A DNA stretch of 33,033 nt from Octopus bimaculoides (lineage: Eukaryota). Of the stretch, positions 32,655 to 33,033 are shown in pieces. The notes beneath the pieces are model-generated. The model saw only the letters and a program-made list of their open reading frames with translations, was not told the origin of the DNA and did not search any database. A program made the position numbers and the translations under genes. Numbering within the stretch: position 1 is the stretch's first letter; every line of letters starts with the position of its first letter. The stretch covers positions 123,830,465-123,863,497 of the forward strand of contig NC_068984.1 in assembly GCF_001194135.2 (NCBI RefSeq), read 5' to 3'.

Positions 32655-33033
32655 ATATTGTGTTTATAAATATTAACGGATGAAATACTCCATCTTAATA
32701 TATAAATCTGAAGTTGTGTGTCTGTGTGAAGCCTTTTTGAATGTTTATAGAAATCCACATTTTCCACTTTTTCGTAATTTTTTTTACATCAATGGAATTT
32801 TCTCGATGTGAACTTTCCAGTGCAGTAATTAGATTTTTAAAATTCCGTTTACTTTGTGCGATTTAAGGGAGATTTGGCTGTTGTTTCTAGCAACTTTTAT
32901 ATTTCATCCCTTCTACCTGGAACGCCATTCTTACACACGCGCTCAACATAAAAATATAGAGAGTAAGAGTTAAAGAGGGAGAGGGAGAGAGAGAGAAAGT
33001 GATACATACAACGTTATAGATTAAACTTTCATC

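Overview
Eukaryotic, AT-rich, very microsatellite-rich non-coding DNA with about 4.2 kb of assembly gaps (N). The repeat families match what I remember from Octopus (coleoid cephalopod) genomes; this is recall, not a database search. I cannot support any host-gene exon, and nearly every long ORF in the track is a microsatellite or N-gap artefact. The window contains five kinds of sequence. (1) A cluster of dead non-LTR retrotransposon fragments at about 2.6-7.3 kb: three restriction-like-endonuclease (R4/Dong-like) pieces, an RT B'/C-motif relic and an RTE-like ORF end. (2) Two tRNA-derived SINE families: family A with an internal microsatellite, and family B with about 24 copies or fragments and two alternative 3' tails. 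(3) Two further short interspersed families, C and D. (4) A mariner-derived miniature element, a probable piggyBac-type MITE and a possible APE endonuclease relic. (5) Large compound microsatellite fields, some hiding higher-order repeats. The most notable structures are a pile-up of about 18 family-B SINEs at 23.0-29.4 kb in head-to-tail and inverted arrangements, an RLE retrotransposon splitting a SINE at its internal microsatellite, and a cryptic anchor-and-spacer minisatellite at 17.1-17.5 kb. I find no convincing novel protein-coding system. Most element boundaries are approximate.
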